DNA from: the human T2T-CHM13v2.0 reference genome, Homo sapiens
Length of the DNA stretch: 64,000 nucleotides
Assembly: GCA_009914755.4 (NCBI GenBank)
Contig: CP086569.2
Location: forward strand, 23,872,001 to 23,936,000
Reading direction: 5' to 3'
Shown piece after piece: positions 13,043 to 29,600 of this stretch. Numbering within the stretch: the stretch's first letter is position 1; each line of letters starts with the position of its first letter. Position numbers and translations under genes: made by a program. Below the pieces are notes generated by a model. It did not search any database. It was not told where the DNA came from and saw only the letters and a program-made list of their open reading frames with translations.

Positions 13043-13849
13043 CATTCTCCATGTTTCTTATTGAGATCCTATAGTCAGTTGCTATACCCCTTTTCTGCCT
13101 TCACTTGTAACAGTCATTTAACTTTGGTCTCAGCTATCCAAAACTGTCAGTTACCAACTTTCCTTTCAACACTGCCATGGAATATAGAAATTAGTTTATT
13201 GTAAGGTCTCAAAAACCCAGAAGCATGGACACAGGTGTCACTATTTTATTTATTATTGGACGGTGGAGACAGGAGTTGGGAGTCGATATTTAAAGTCATC
13301 ATAGGATGAAGAATGGCTTTCGTGGGTAAACGCAAAATACTTTTATTAAACCACTATGTGGTTTTTTGCATTTTGCTCCCTTCGGGTGCTGCAAATTTTT
13401 ACCTGGTTATTAGACTTCTCACAAAGGCATTTTGATCGGTGTATTTCTGTTAAGTTTAAATTTGTATTAAGGAATTAGAGCCTGTGATATTTTATTGTCA
13501 CCTTGTTAATGTGCTTTGTTTAATTATATATTTGTAAGTTGTATTCACCTGAGTCTAATGAGGGAGAGATTTATAGTCCTTTTATTTTCTTAGCTTTCTC
13601 TTTTTATTTTACTGTAGAGCTATTGCTGGAGTATGACATAAAAGAATCATTTCAAAAAGTGATCCTGAGAAAATATGGTAGCTGTGACCTTAATGGTTTA
13701 TATTTAAGGAAAGACTACCAAAGTGTGGGTAATTCCCATGTGCAGAAAGCAGTTATGATGGGCTTTATCAATGTTTGTTAATTACCCTTAGCAAAACCTG
13801 TCAACCTAATAAATAAGGCAAAGCTTTTGAGTTGTGCTCAAACTTCACT

Positions 13850-14830
<981 letters not shown>

Positions 14831-14869
14831 GAACATTTAACTTATGGTCTTGGAGAGTCTCTAGGAAGT

Positions 14870-17800
14870 TGCTTCATAATCTGAGTGCTTTTTTGTTGGG
14901 TACATATATAAGTGTTTACTATTATGTAATGCCATTCTTTGTCTTTTTTAAAACCTATGTTGACATAAAGTCTGTTTTGCCAGAAACTAGGATTGCAGCC
15001 CCTACTTTTTTTCTGTTTTCTATTTGCTTGGTAGATTTTTCTTTTTTCCTTTTTTCGAGCTTATTTGAGATGGGTGTCTTGATTATAGCACATCATTAGA
15101 TATTGATATTTTATTCAGCTTGCCACTCTGTTTTGTAATTGGGGAACTTAGCCCATTTTCATTTAAGGTTAGTATTCATATGTATGGATTTGATTCTGTC
15201 ACTATGATCTCAGCTGGCTATTTTGCACATTTATGTGGTTGCTTTATAGTGTCATCAATTTATGATTTTTAGTGTGTTTTTGTAGTGACTGTTATAGTCT
15301 TTTTCTTATTTAATGTTTTCTTTAGAAGCTCTTGTAAGTCAGGTCTGTGCTAAAAGATTTCCTCAGCATTTGCATATCTGAATAGGATCACATTTATTTT
15401 TCACTTCTGAAGCTTACTTTGGTTGGATATAAATTTTTGATTTGGAATTCTTTTTTTAAGAATGTTGAATATTGGTCCCTAATCTCTTTTGACATGTAGC
15501 ATTTCAACTGAAAGGTTTGTTGTTTGCCTGATGGCCTTCTTTTAGAGGTGACCTGTCTTTTTAGTCTAGCTGCCTTTAATACATTTTTTTTCTTTCATTT
15601 TGACCTTGGAGAATCTCATGATTACGTGTCTTGAAAATGACCTTCTTGTGAGGTATCTTACTGGGATTTTCCCCATTTCCTGCATGTGAATGTTTGCCTC
15701 TCTATATAGGCTGGGAAAGCTCTCTTGAATGATATCTGAAAATAAGTATTTCAAGTTGTTTTTATTCTCCCCATCACTTTCAGGCACTCTTTTTAATCAT
15801 AGATTTGGTTTCATTACATAATCCCATATTTCTTAGAGGTTTTGTTTATTCCTCTTTTTTTTTTTTTTCACTCATCTTGTCTGTCTTATTTAAGAAAGCC
15901 AGTATTGAAGCTCTGAGATTCTTTCCTCTACTTGGCCTATTCTGCTGTTAATACTTGTGATTACATTACAAAGTTTTCATATTGTGTTTTTTCAGCTCTA
16001 TCAGATTGGTCACATTTTCCTCCTCATTGGCAATTTTTTCTATCCATTCCTGCAATTTTTTTCCCTTCATTGCATTGGGTTGCAACTCCATTTGTAGCTC
16101 AATGAAGTTTATTCATTTCCGTATTCTGAATTATACTTCTGTCATCTTAGGCCTCGGTGGAAATGTAATTTTTTCATTTGGATGAGAGATGTCACTGTGG
16201 CTTTTTGTGTTTTCAACATTTTTGCACTGATTTTGTCTAATCTTTGTGCGTGTATCTTTGAGATTGCTGACCTTTGAATGGGGTTTTGGGTTTGTTTGTT
16301 TGTTTTTTTTTTTTTTTTGATCCTATTTAATGGTCTTGAATATTTGATGTGGAATAAGGTGTTTGCAACTAACAGGCTTTGTTCCTGGGAGATTTTTTTT
16401 TTTTTTTTTTTTTTTTTTGGTGGTGGAGCGGCTATGCTCAGCTCACTGCTCGGAGGCTTCATACTCTTAGGAACCTGTATTGAGCTCCAGCTGTCTTCTC
16501 TGGCTCCTTGATATTTAGAGTCCACCACTCTTTGTGACTAATGTGTCACAGCTTCAGAAGAGTGTTAGTGGATATGGGGTTTCTGCCTGTCTTTGGGCAT
16601 TCACCTCAGTGACAGGAACAAAGCAGCTAAGAGGGGAGTAGGCTGTATCTGCTGGAGACTGTGTGTGCTGTTGCACTAAAGTCTTATTTGTGGCCCCTCA
16701 TGAAGTTCTAATTGTTCAGAGTGTGGGAGGATACACTGCTCACCACACAGTGTTAGCAGAAAAGCAGGGGTGAGGCTTTCTGGTTCTCTACCCACCAGAG
16801 CTTTATCTACAGTAGAAGTTGCTGAGGGTGGCAGAGGCATACTGCATTCCCACTTGCTGGTGGGGCAAGCAAAGCCAAACCCACCTTTGCAGACATATGC
16901 CAGGAAAGTAATATGGAGAGTTGCCGTGGTATCAGGGGAAGCTGCAGTATGAGGAAGATACATGTGGGCTGCAGAATGGGGAAGATACATGTAAGCTGCA
17001 GTGATAGGGTCTGCCTTGCTGTAGTTCTTCAGGGGTCAGGCATGGATTACCATTGCCGATGCTGTGGTATTATCTTCCAGGGTAACTGAGACTGCCCTGT
17101 AAGCAACTGTAGCTAGACTGGGACCCTGGGAGAGGCCCGAAGACCAAGGAGTGCTCGGTTGGACCACCCCTTCTGATTTGCAACATTATCCTGTAGAAAT
17201 TAGTTCCCCTCAGGCTAAAGTCTCTTATGGGAGCAAGTTTAGTCTATAGAAATGGCCATCACTGGCCTTATTTTACTATAGATGCTCTTGCACCAAACCC
17301 TCTGGAAACCATATGAGCTGGCTTACTGCCCCACCTCTTTGCTGGTCTTCTGGGGGGCTGCACTTGAGAGAGATGTAGGTCATCAATCCCTCGGTGCAGT
17401 CAGCCCTGGATGGAAAATATGTGCTTTCAGCCAAGTTAGGGGCTCACTGTCTGGTGAGGAGCACTGGGGAGTTTGTGAGCCCCATGGAGGATGGTCTAAC
17501 CTCCTCTCCTTGGGCATAATGCAGCTCGTTTGAGGTGTGAATAAGGCAATTAGGGTTTGGGATATTTCATTAGTTTGAGGGTAGCAGGGACAGCTCTTCT
17601 GCACAGGCAATGATGAAATATATTCAGTTGCCCCTGGAAGCTGTGTCCATGGAGTTCCTAAGTTTTTGCTGGCTCAATAGCTCTGGCAATGATTGGCTAG
17701 TGGCCCAGGCCTGGAGGACCTGCCCACTGAGAATATATAAGAACAGGAACACATGTAACAGTCTGACCCCTTTTGTGAAAAGCTGCTGCATCTGCAATAC

Positions 17801-18040
17801 GCTGGGTGTCCACTACAGTATCTAGTCACCTCAGATTTTCCGGTACCTGAAGTTATCACCAGTGAATGTGCAAAAAAAGCAACAATGGCACATGCCTTTT
17901 TCTCTGGGAGCTCCATCCCAGGGAGGTATAGACCTGTTTTCAGCCCAAAAGCACTTGTAGGAAGTAGCCAGAAATGCCTGTGGAAAGGTCTTCCCCAGTG
18001 AAAAGAAAATGACTGGGGATCCACTTAAGAAAGCAGCCTA
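14870..18040 (-). mobile_element. L1 5' portion (ORF2 N-terminus, ORF1 and probably 5'UTR) in minus orientation; 3'-truncated at ~14870 next to the ZNF remnant
   Basis: 14955-16270 is the reverse complement of the L1 ORF2-start/ORF1 region (…AAGTCTGTTTTGCCAGAAACTAGGATTGCAGCCCCTAC… …CATTTTCATTTAAGGTTAGTATTCATATGTATGGATTTGATTCTGTCACTATGATCTCAGCTGG… …CCCCATCACTTTCAGGCAC…AGATTTGGTTTCATTACATAATCCCATATTTCTTAGAGG…). 16270-18040 is assigned to the 5'UTR only by position. Confidence 0.6.
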
Positions 18041-18042
18041 CT

Positions 18043-18700
<658 letters not shown>

Positions 18701-20936
18701 ATCTTTTGTAGAACAGGTCTGCTGTGCAGAGGTACCACTTCCATCCAGTTTATTTGGATTCTCCAAAGCCAGAAGGATGGAACAGGTAAGTGACACAAAC
18801 AGGAAAAATGGCAGCTCACTCTTTGCTCTAGGAACTGTAGCCCAAAAAGTTTTCAAAATTCCATCAACCAAAGAGTACCAGTGGTGTTAGCTGGAGAAAC
18901 TCATCAGGAAGTACTTTCCAGTGAGGAAGAAGGAGATTGGGGACCTGCTTTAACAGGCAGTCTGGCCATGTCTTTCTAGAGCACCTGTACTATGCTTTGT
19001 GATTCTAGTCAGCTTGGGCTCTTCAAAGCCTGAAGGCTGAAATGGCTAAGTTTCCCAGGCAGCAAAGATGACGGCCCACTCCTCTTTCTGGTAGTTCCAT
19101 CCCAGGGAGATGCAGTGCTGCTACCAATGGTTGGCTGGAATTCTAAGCCAGTACATCTTACCCTGTGAGGCACTGAGAAAATGCGTCCTACAGACCATCA
19201 ATGCTAAGCGCCCTGAATTCTGCCTTTTTCCTATGGATATGTTCAAGATTGTAACCTCCTGCTTTGCTGGAGTTCCAGCGAATTTTTCTGGGAAGGCTGG
19301 AAAGTCAGCGAATCTAAGGCTCTTGAATCACTGCAGTCTTGAGTGGCTGCTCTGCTGAGACTCCCTGTAGCTATGTGCATTATACAAAAGGCCCCGGTGA
19401 AGTGGGTTTATTAGGGGATCACCTTACCTGAGGGTTGCAAAGATCTGTGGAAGAATCATGGGTTCCCAGGATCATGCATTCACTTACTGCCTTACTGGCT
19501 GTGAAGGTGTCCCTGGCTCCATGTTGCTTTCAGGTGTCCCGGTGTCCTGCCTTGCTTTACTCCATTCTCCTTATGTTAAGTTGCTTCTTTGATTAGTCTC
19601 AATGCAAGTACCTGGTGTTTCAGCTGAACGTCACGTATTTATGCACACCTTGCATTCCTGTCTATGAGAACTACAGAGTCTAGCTGCCTCTTTCTAGTCA
19701 GCAATCTTGATCACCTTCCTCTAAAAGGAATATACTTTTTATATTAAAAGAATTTAATATTTTTTGAGAACATATATTTTCAAAAGCAAATATTGATGTA
19801 ATTCATCTCTTACCTTTGGTGATATATCTTTATTTCTAGAATTTATGTGAAAGAGCATGGTCAATAGCTGCTGCACCAGAGTTATGAGAGGTTCTTCTAT
19901 ATTACAAGGACAGATTTATACACTTTTCCATGGAAGATTAAGAAAACAGAAATCTAAGATACCTGAAGAATTTCTATGTACAAAGGCAACTTAGTTGTTG
20001 GTTTACGACAGTATCATAAATGACAGGATGATAGGAGTGGAGTAAGGGCAACATTCTGCATAGTGAGAGAAACAATTTGATTTTTAGTTGGACATTGCTT
20101 TACCATTTGCAAATTAAGGTAATTGGAATAAAGTGAATTCCAAAATGCCTTTTTAATGAAAATGCGTGGACTTAATTTCTTTTAGTAAATCAATATTGTT
20201 ATTTTGTTAAAGCTATTTGACATTGAATGTGTATCTTGCAACTGATGATAAGTTATCCCATCTTAACCAAGGCTGTAGGTAACTGATGGTAACAATATAC
20301 TACTGAGAGACAGTGGAATAACATCTGTAGTGATTCCTTTGTCAGTGGTTTTTAAAATGAAATAATTTGGAAAGTGTGGTTTTTACAACTTACATTTTTT
20401 TTCCTTGTAACTACAGGTTATTATGATGGTTGTAATGAAGATCATATTAGTATAACGGAGCTCTATGTTTCTGAATACTGAACAACTATTTATAAAATTT
20501 GATCCTACTTTTTCTCTATTAAAGGTATGACTGCTCTGCTCTGATAAACACACACAGACCTTTAGTTTTGATTTACATGAATTTAAATATAAGAAATATA
20601 TTACTGTAAAATAAACTCTAGGTATGTAACAAACTTCTAGAAAATAATCATATTTATTTATGGTTGGTTACATTGAGAAGAAAATAAAAATATTAAAATG
20701 AAACAAATCCTTTTACAAGTGTTGACATCTTACCAGCAAGCCAGAAACTTCAAAGATTTTCAAAGCAAATCTATTTTCTCTGCTTTGTATTAAGCTCCTT
20801 GATTTAAAATGTGATTGCTAGTGGCTTAGAATCATCTTCTGCAAATTTTTCTTTTTTTGTAGGTTAGCCTGTTGCTCACCCTAGACATAATATATAATTT
20901 TCTTTTCATCAAAGTTCATAACACTTTCTTTGGACT

Positions 20937-21232
20937 GTGCTTGGTGGCTCATGCCTGAAATCCCAGCACTTTGAGTGGCTGAAGCAGGTGGATCTCCAGA
21001 GATCAGGAGTTTCAGACCGGCCTGGCCAACACGGTGAAATGCTGTCTTTACTAAAAATACAAAAATTAGGTGGGCATGATGGCGGGCTCCTGTAATCCCA
21101 GCTACTCAGGAGGCTGAGGCAGGAGAATCACTTTAACCCAGGGGATGAACATTACAGTGAGCCAAGATGGTGCCATTGCACTCCAGCCTGAGCAACAAAG
21201 CAAAACTTCATCTCAAAACAAACAAACAAGTG
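20937..21232 (+). mobile_element. Alu, full length
   Basis: GCTTGGTGGCTCATGCCTGAAATCCCAGCACTTTGAGTGGCTGAAGCAGG… …TCCCAGCTACTCAGGAGGCTGAGGCAGGAGAATCAC… A-rich tail CTCAAAACAAACAAACAAG. Confidence 0.9.
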
Positions 21233-22010
21233 AAAAGACATTCTCTGTACAATCCCCTCAGAAATTATGAAAGTGACTTTGATAAAATGTAACGCTATTC
21301 GGAAAATAATTTTTACATGTGAGTAATTTTACAGTGCATGTATGGTATGCTATTTATTTAGTACATTTTGTATTTTTTCAATTTTAGAATTCTATTTAAT
21401 CCAATTTTTTTGTTTACTTATTGACTATTTTACTCTATAAAGTTGACAGAATTGAGTTTATTAATTTTATTGGGCCAATATATTTAAGTAAACAATAGAA
21501 CGTTTAGTAAGTCATGAGGTCTTTTTGACATACACATGAAGTAAACAAATACAATACTAGGTATGTAATGGAAGCTATGTAATTAGAAATAAATATTCCT
21601 TTTAAAATTAGCCTGTGGTCTCAAGTGAGAAATTTAAAATATCTATAGTAAATAAATGACATTAATTCTGCATACGAGGAGAGCATAATTGTAACCAATG
21701 CTGCACTAGTGAATCTCACAATTGAAACAAGATTAAGAGATGGACATTTTAGCAAAACTAAGTGAAAACGTTGTAAAATTTTCAGATTATGTTTCTGCAT
21801 TTAAACATTTAGTGAGAGAAGTAGTGCACAAGTCTATCCAGTCAAACTTGAAATGGCTGACACATGTTAACCGTATTCACCCCAGGTATTGACACCTAAA
21901 ATGCCCTGAACTCTTTTCATTTAGATTAACAAAGTATTGTTTTTGTCTTCGTCCTCTAAATTCTGGCTTAGACAGAATTATCCAGCCATTTCATGTAGAT
22001 TTGATTCTAG

Positions 22011-22343
<333 letters not shown>

Positions 22344-25081
22344 ACTGGATTCTAGATCTTGACACAGCACATTTTCAACTTAATGTTTCTGCAGATAGAA
22401 AAGCTGTGTAATATGGAAGAACAAAACCAAACATTTATTACAGTTCAAGGAGATTTTGTTTGTGCCCTGCTGTCCTGGATTCTCAGAAGTGTAGGGCTGG
22501 CAGACATTACTGGAAGGCAGAAGTGGGAAACAAGCCTAAATGAGAATTCCGTGTGCGTCAAGTTTGTCTTCTTAGGAACTGGAAGGATCAGCCTTCAATT
22601 CTGGGTAGATTACGGGCAGTTGGGGGGGTATATAAAGAGTGGTTACGTTCCATCAGGTTCTAAGTCAATCCACCTTCTGCAAGTAGTAAAACCCAGTAAA
22701 ATTAGTATTTGTTTGAAATATGAATTGGGTGATTTTTAAAAATAATACACATAATAGGTTTGCTCTGTATATTTTTTAATGATTCTTTCACAAGAGCTCT
22801 TTAGCCTTATTTCTTTACTCAAGCAGATTCTGAATGTCATAAAATCTGCTTATTATCAGATACTGAAAGATAAAGCAAAGAATCTTTTTAATTTTTTGTG
22901 GGAAATTTAGCCTGTAAATTTAATCTCCTTTGTATAATCTTTAAGTTTTACTGTGGAAGACTAGATTTAGGTTTACTAAGTTTTTGGCAACTATAAAAGC
23001 ATATTCATAATGTAACTTTTAAAGATACTATGAATATCAATTTTCAAGTGCGTTGATTTCTTTTTTTACTTGAGAAAGATAAGCTATTTGAGAATTATAT
23101 TACCCAACATGTCCAAAAAATGTTTTTAATTTGCCTATTTAAAAAAATCTGTTGATTTTGAATTGCATACCAAGATAACCTTATTTTAAGATTGAGGATA
23201 AGATGAAAAATAATTTATGTAAATAACATAAACTAAGTTTACTGAAATTATTTACTTATTTAAGAAACTTGATTAAATTTTAAATAAATTGCTGTCACCT
23301 ATCAGCATTTGTGCAGCATTTTTTTTAAGATTTGGTGTCTAAAACAGGTAACGATTTGGACAAAGAAGAAAAGAAAAATTCAATGATTGGTATAACAATA
23401 AATTTCAGAAAATAAAAGCTCTGTATGATGATGTAATTAAAATAATGTAAAGGATAAAAATTTTAATATTTGTTTTTACACATTATTTGGCAAAATCAAC
23501 CCTGAGACAGCAATGTGTAGAAAATACTACTAATTATGTTTTTGAGAATCTTATGGACTTTGGCACTTTGAGAACCTTCACTATAGGCCCAGGATTCCCT
23601 AGGCATTTGTTCCAGGAGAATATCTTATGGAAATGAAGCAGAAGGCCATGACCACAAAGATAAACGGATGCTCATCTAGAGACACGTAGGTGCAGGTTGC
23701 AGAAACAGTAGGCTTTTCTTGGTGGTCCAGGAAGGGGCTATTCCCACCATCCTAGAAAAGGGGCCTGGAACTCCATTGAGCCCTCTCTCCTGCAGGGACC
23801 TCAGAGGGCATTAGGGGAGGCCAGCCTAGGTGTTCTGTCCTGTCCCTGGCCCTTGGGTCCTGCCTCATCTGCTATCTTTTTCCACAAAGAAATCAGGATG
23901 GCAACCCACAATGCAGCCCCACTAGAGGAAGGAGATAAAGAGAGTCAAGGCTCACACCCATCTTGGAACATTAAGTGACTTACTGATTAGCTAGTCCAAA
24001 AGTTAGAGCAGAATTTGGTGGTGTGACACCCTAAGATTACATTCTAGGAGAAACCTGTATGGCACATGCCTGAGGCTGTGCGTTGAAGGAGTGTTAGACA
24101 GGTCACTTGGGCTTCAGTGAGCCTGTGCCCCTAGTCAATTCATGGAGACACGGGCTTGATAAGAGCAGGCAACAAGGGTGCAACACAGCAGACATGCTTA
24201 GCTGTCAGTTGGGCAAGGAGGGGTAGGCATCAGAGTTCCCTGCAGGGGAGAACCCTCTTAGGGCCCTGAACTGAACCGAGAGATTCTTCAGTTTTTTGAA
24301 GCACAGGCTGTACTTGGAGCTTCAGGGGTGGCACTGTCCTGTGGCATGGTAAAGGTGGGGTAAGCAGTCAGTCACTGAGGGGCTTTCATTGCTCATTTTT
24401 CTGATGAGCATGATTGAGAGCCCAAAGCCACAAGCCAGGAGGGGCAACAGCACTGGGCTGAGGCATCACCTTTTTTCTTCACTGGCTCCCATAAGCCTTC
24501 CTGGCATGCCTTGAGGAAGAAGATCCCTTATCCTTGTGAGCGTAGGCACAAAACTCATGTGAGGAAAGCCCAACAACAGCCTCTTTTGTGGGCGCACCTG
24601 GGCCTCCCCACTCCAGTGGCCTGTGAAACCCAAATGTAATTCCAGAGATGAGAATTTAAATTTGGTTCTAGAAACAAAGAGTTCAGCTCCGAGGCCAGAG
24701 CAGAAGTGGACATGTTAATTCCATGACACAAGGGCCAAATCAGAGAAATGGATTGACTGTTAAGCTGCACCCATGCAGTGTGTGCACTGACCCAAGCAGG
24801 TCCCATTCTCTTCCTGTCTCCAATTATTTTACCTACAACTTGTCATTTGTACCAGCTCTTTCTCTATCCCCCACATCCGGTGGTTTTTGAAATTCCTCTG
24901 AAGGCTGCATGACTAGAGTTAAGGGTCACAGCACTCTAGCCCACTCAGGCTGTGCCAGGAAGAGAGATCTCTCAACCTACCTTGACACTTAAGAACCATG
25001 CATAAATAGTGCCAACTCTAGGAGGAGGGCTGTCACATCCTCAGACTGTTTTCTGCTCTCCATACCAAAAGATAAATTAGA

Positions 25082-25473
<392 letters not shown>

Positions 25474-27127
25474 TCAGCCTAGTCACCGTGAATCACAATT
25501 TCAGGTTCTGCGTCAGCGTGTCCCACCTTGGGAAATAGTGGAACTGGGACCCCAGAATGTCATGATCCAATGACAGTCTGGAGAAGGGGCACCTCAGCAG
25601 CCTGTACAAACCCAGTCACACCTGTAACAGAAACACACCCTACCAACTAAGAAGCCATCTCATTATCTTAGACAACCATACCAGCAATGTGCACACACAA
25701 TGGGCCTTTTAGTAAACTGTCAACTCAAGGATTTAAGAAAAATCAAACCATTTTGAATTTAGAGTCTCAGGAAGAAGACCCTCCACTGCCTTAACCAGCC
25801 TGTATGATGGATGAAACTGACAGTGTTAACTTGACTTGGGCATACCTGGAGACTGACCTTGTATTAAAAAAAAAAAAAAAAAGCTTCTGAGTGCCCAGAG
25901 ATCCAAGATAAAAAACCTAGTAGTGGCTAACCTGAAAATTATTCTTTCTTTATGAGGAATATCTCAGTACCAGGTCTGTTCCATCCTGTGGCATGGAATA
26001 CAGACCACACAGGGGACTGAGGCCACTCCTTTTTTGTTAAATAAATGCTGACAGGTGAAAAGTTGTTGAAAAAAGTGCTAAATAACAATGCTATACAAAC
26101 TGCATGCTTTTTGTAAGTGGGAATGGTTATCATGCTAAGCCCACTGACAGTGGACTTTTTCCCCTCTTTTTAAGTCCCCAGTAAAACTCCGTATCTCATT
26201 CACTTGTTCTAAGTCTCTTCTTTGACATCTTGAACCTGGTGCCATTTCTATGGGAGTTGAATTTGATGCAACTTATCCTATATTAAGGAAGGATTTCAGA
26301 CTCTGCTCAATGTGCTTCAAAGCTCACCGAGGCATCAGCTAAGAAAGATGCTGTTGTTCTCCTTAACACTCTCATTCAGGCCTCTTTTCCTTAGATGCAC
26401 AATCAGTGGTGTACCAGGAAAGATGACTAAGAGAAACATCGTGGTCACAATCAAGATTAATGCCAGAATAAGCAGCGAACACTTGGAAATCAAAAGGGAG
26501 CATTTTTCAATGCCCTCAAATTCTGTCTTCAGTTCCTGGATTCAGTAATGGTTTTGAAGATCCATCCAACCTCTAGAGGAACCATGGGCCCTTAGGAGGT
26601 AAACACCTACACTTAATCCTGGTTCAACAAAGCTTTCTCTTGACAAATATGATGTCTGTGATCGTGAGCTTCTAAGCAATCTGCACAAAGCATAACCTGA
26701 AAACCTATAAAAGGGAGATGAGTAGGTATGAGGGAAATAATTTTCCACATTTTTTCTTGGGAAATTCAAAAAATTGTGATGGTGGGAAAATGTGCAGAAG
26801 AAGACAGCATATTAAAAGTCCTCATCAGGTGATTTTTACCACCAGAGTTTTTAATCCCAGCTATGAGATCTCCAAATAAAAACCAGAAGTTACTTCACTG
26901 CATCTATCCATGATTTATTGTACAATATTTTGTCTATCACAGTGAGGGGTCTTCACTGAGGATCTTCCCATTAAACATATAAAGATAAAGAAAGGAAAAG
27001 GTAAAATAGCAACTCCATGAAATCATAAGATAAAATGTAGAAATATTCATCTTCTCACATCAATTGCATTTTTGTACATATATGAATGTGTATCTACCCA
27101 TAAAGCTAATATATTCAAAATAAATCA

Positions 27128-27472
<345 letters not shown>

Positions 27473-27749
27473 TCACATATGGTGCAGACATTACTTGTTG
27501 GAGTGGAGTGGGTGCGGCTCTGTCCTTGTAAAGTAGGAAGAGCAATCAGTGCCCTGGATTGTGTGTAGGGAACCCATTCGTACACAAATAAAGAGGCAAT
27601 CAGGGCTTCAGCCTAGCAATACTGAGGCTTGCACGGGGCTTTCGAAAGCAGTAGAAATGGCCTGTAAAACTGAATGCTAGATGGGCTTGTAACAATAAAA
27701 GATCTGTCCAGGGATAACAGCAGTTCTGATAGGAGCCCCTGACTATACC

Positions 27750-28250
27750 CTGCCTCAGCAAAATGTAGACAAATAAAGAAAAAATAATTCAAGAGAAATA
27801 AAATTTAAAAATAAAGCAATTGGAAAATAGTAAGGGCAAATAAAATAAACTGAAACAAAATAGAGAAAAGTAAAGAAAAATATAACTAAGATTAGTGAAA
27901 ATAAAATCAAGATGAAGATAAACAGTAAATACAATAAAATTGAGAAATAAGAAAATTTTAAGAATAAGAAGAGACAAGTGAAAGTAAAAAAGAAATGCAG
28001 AGAAAAATAAAATAACAAAGAGATATGCATGGAAATAAATAAAAGAAACAAGAAATTGAATAAAATTACAAACGACAAAAATCTAGAAAATTTGAAATTG
28101 AGACTATAATGAAAAAACAAAAAATAAAAAATGAAGTAAAATTAAATTAATAGAAAAAATGAAAGTAAATAAAAATAAAGAGAAACAAGATAAAAACAAA
28201 GACAAATGTACAGAAAAATAAAAGATTAAAAAGAAAAATAAGATCTAGGG
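27750..28250. repeat. A-rich / GA-rich low-complexity tract (~500 bp)
   Basis: Direct reading: AAATAAAGAAAAAATAATTCAAGAGAAATAAAATTTAAAAATAAAG… strongly purine-skewed on the + strand. Confidence 0.6.
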
Positions 28251-28632
28251 ATAATCTACAAAACATTTCACGCAACGATAGCATAATACATAATATTTCT
28301 AATTACATACAGTTTATTTCCTAAGATAGGCAAACTTCTTAGCTAGCATGCAAGTTTTAGCATATTTGAACAAATGGTTATAAAAAAGTATTACTTCTGA
28401 CTACAGTAAAATATAACTGGAGGTTCAAAACCAAAAGAAAGCTAGCATGTCTGCATGTATATGAAAAGTAGACAAATTCTTCCGCACGCTATTTTAAAAG
28501 AGTTAGAACATGCACGTTTCTTTAGACGTTTATGGTATTCAAAATGATCTACAGATCAATGAGACCTCTTTCAAAAAACCAATGGTAGTTTTTCCAGAAG
28601 TACTAAAATATTCTGAAGTGTTGGCATCAATA

Positions 28633-28900
28633 TTTGGCTGTGTCACCCAGGCTAGAGTGCAGTGTCCTAATCATGGCTCACTGCATGTAGCCTTGAGCTC
28701 TGAAGTTCAATTGATCCTCCCACCTCTGCCTCACAAGTAGCTGGGCCTGCAGGTGCATGCCACCACGGTCAGCAAGATTTGGGGGTTTTTGTAGAGACAG
28801 GGTTTCACCATATTGCCAATGCTGGTCTCAAACTTTCTGGACTCAAGCAATCCACCTGCCTTGACTTCCCAAAGTTCTGGGATCACAGGAGTGAGCCACC
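28633..28900 (-). mobile_element. Alu, minus orientation, diverged
   Basis: …GTCACCCAGGCTAGAGTGCAGTGTCCTAATCATGGCTCACTGCATGTAGCCTTGAGCTC… …GGATCACAGGAGTGAGCCACC. Confidence 0.85.
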
Positions 28901-29389
28901 AAATATTGCCCTATAATTTTTATAAATGCTCAAAAACCACAAATAGACAAACAACCTGGGAAAATATAATAAAGTCAGAGTCATATATTTTTTTATTTTA
29001 AAACATATTGCAAAGTTACAGTAATCAAACAGTGTGGTGCTGGGAAAAAGACAGAAAAATAAATGTTGAAAGAGATAAGAGAAGCCAGAAAGTAACCCAC
29101 ATGCGTATACTCAGCTTATCTTAAACGACGGTTGCAAATCCTCATGTTGCAGAACGCTTTCCTTACATCAAAAAAAATTGGGTTCTGGTCACATGACTAG
29201 AATATATTAAGTCAGGGACGCTCTGAAGGATGAGGAGTAGAGTTGATTGGGGAAAATGGAAAAAAAAAAAAGAAGAAGAAGAAGAAAACTTTTAACAAAA
29301 TGAGTTGGAGACCTGTTTACAGGCCCCCACCTCCCAAATTGATGAACACCAGACCATCACAGGAAACTGAAGAGTCCAGGCTTCTCCTC

Positions 29390-29600
29390 CCTGCACAAGA
29401 GGTGAACTTTCCATGGCTCCACTCTCTTCCCCAGTTGTGCAGGTGGATATTACTGAGAGAAAATCAGTTGGAAAAAGGAAGGCTTTATCTGGGGCCAACA
29501 GTCTGATTTTTCAGACTTCAGGCTGTTTTAAGCTTGAATGTGTGGTTTTGCCAAGGACCCTTGGCTCTTTTCTAACTCGTTATTTCCCCCCTTTAAATGA
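29390..29600 (+). repeat. Copy 1 of an unclassified interspersed repeat family (second copy at 33350-33560)
   Basis: CCATGGCTCCAC… TTACTGAGAGAAAATCAGTTGGAAAAAGGAAGGCTTTATCTGGGGCCAACAGTCTGATTTTTCAGACTTCAGGCTGTTTTAAGCTTGAATGTGTGGTTTTGCCAAGGACCCTTGGCTC is collinear and similar to 33350-33560. Confidence 0.4.

Noticed and set aside
22359-22739. 126-aa plus-strand ORF in unique sequence
   Set aside because: No recognisable domain or low-complexity/codon-usage signal, and it lies directly downstream of an Alu. At this length a chance ORF in AT-moderate human DNA is expected.
23560-25070. Moderately GC-rich unique stretch that might be an old LTR (MaLR-type) or regulatory element
   Set aside because: No diagnostic motifs recognised and no repeat structure visible by eye. 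RepeatMasker would be needed.
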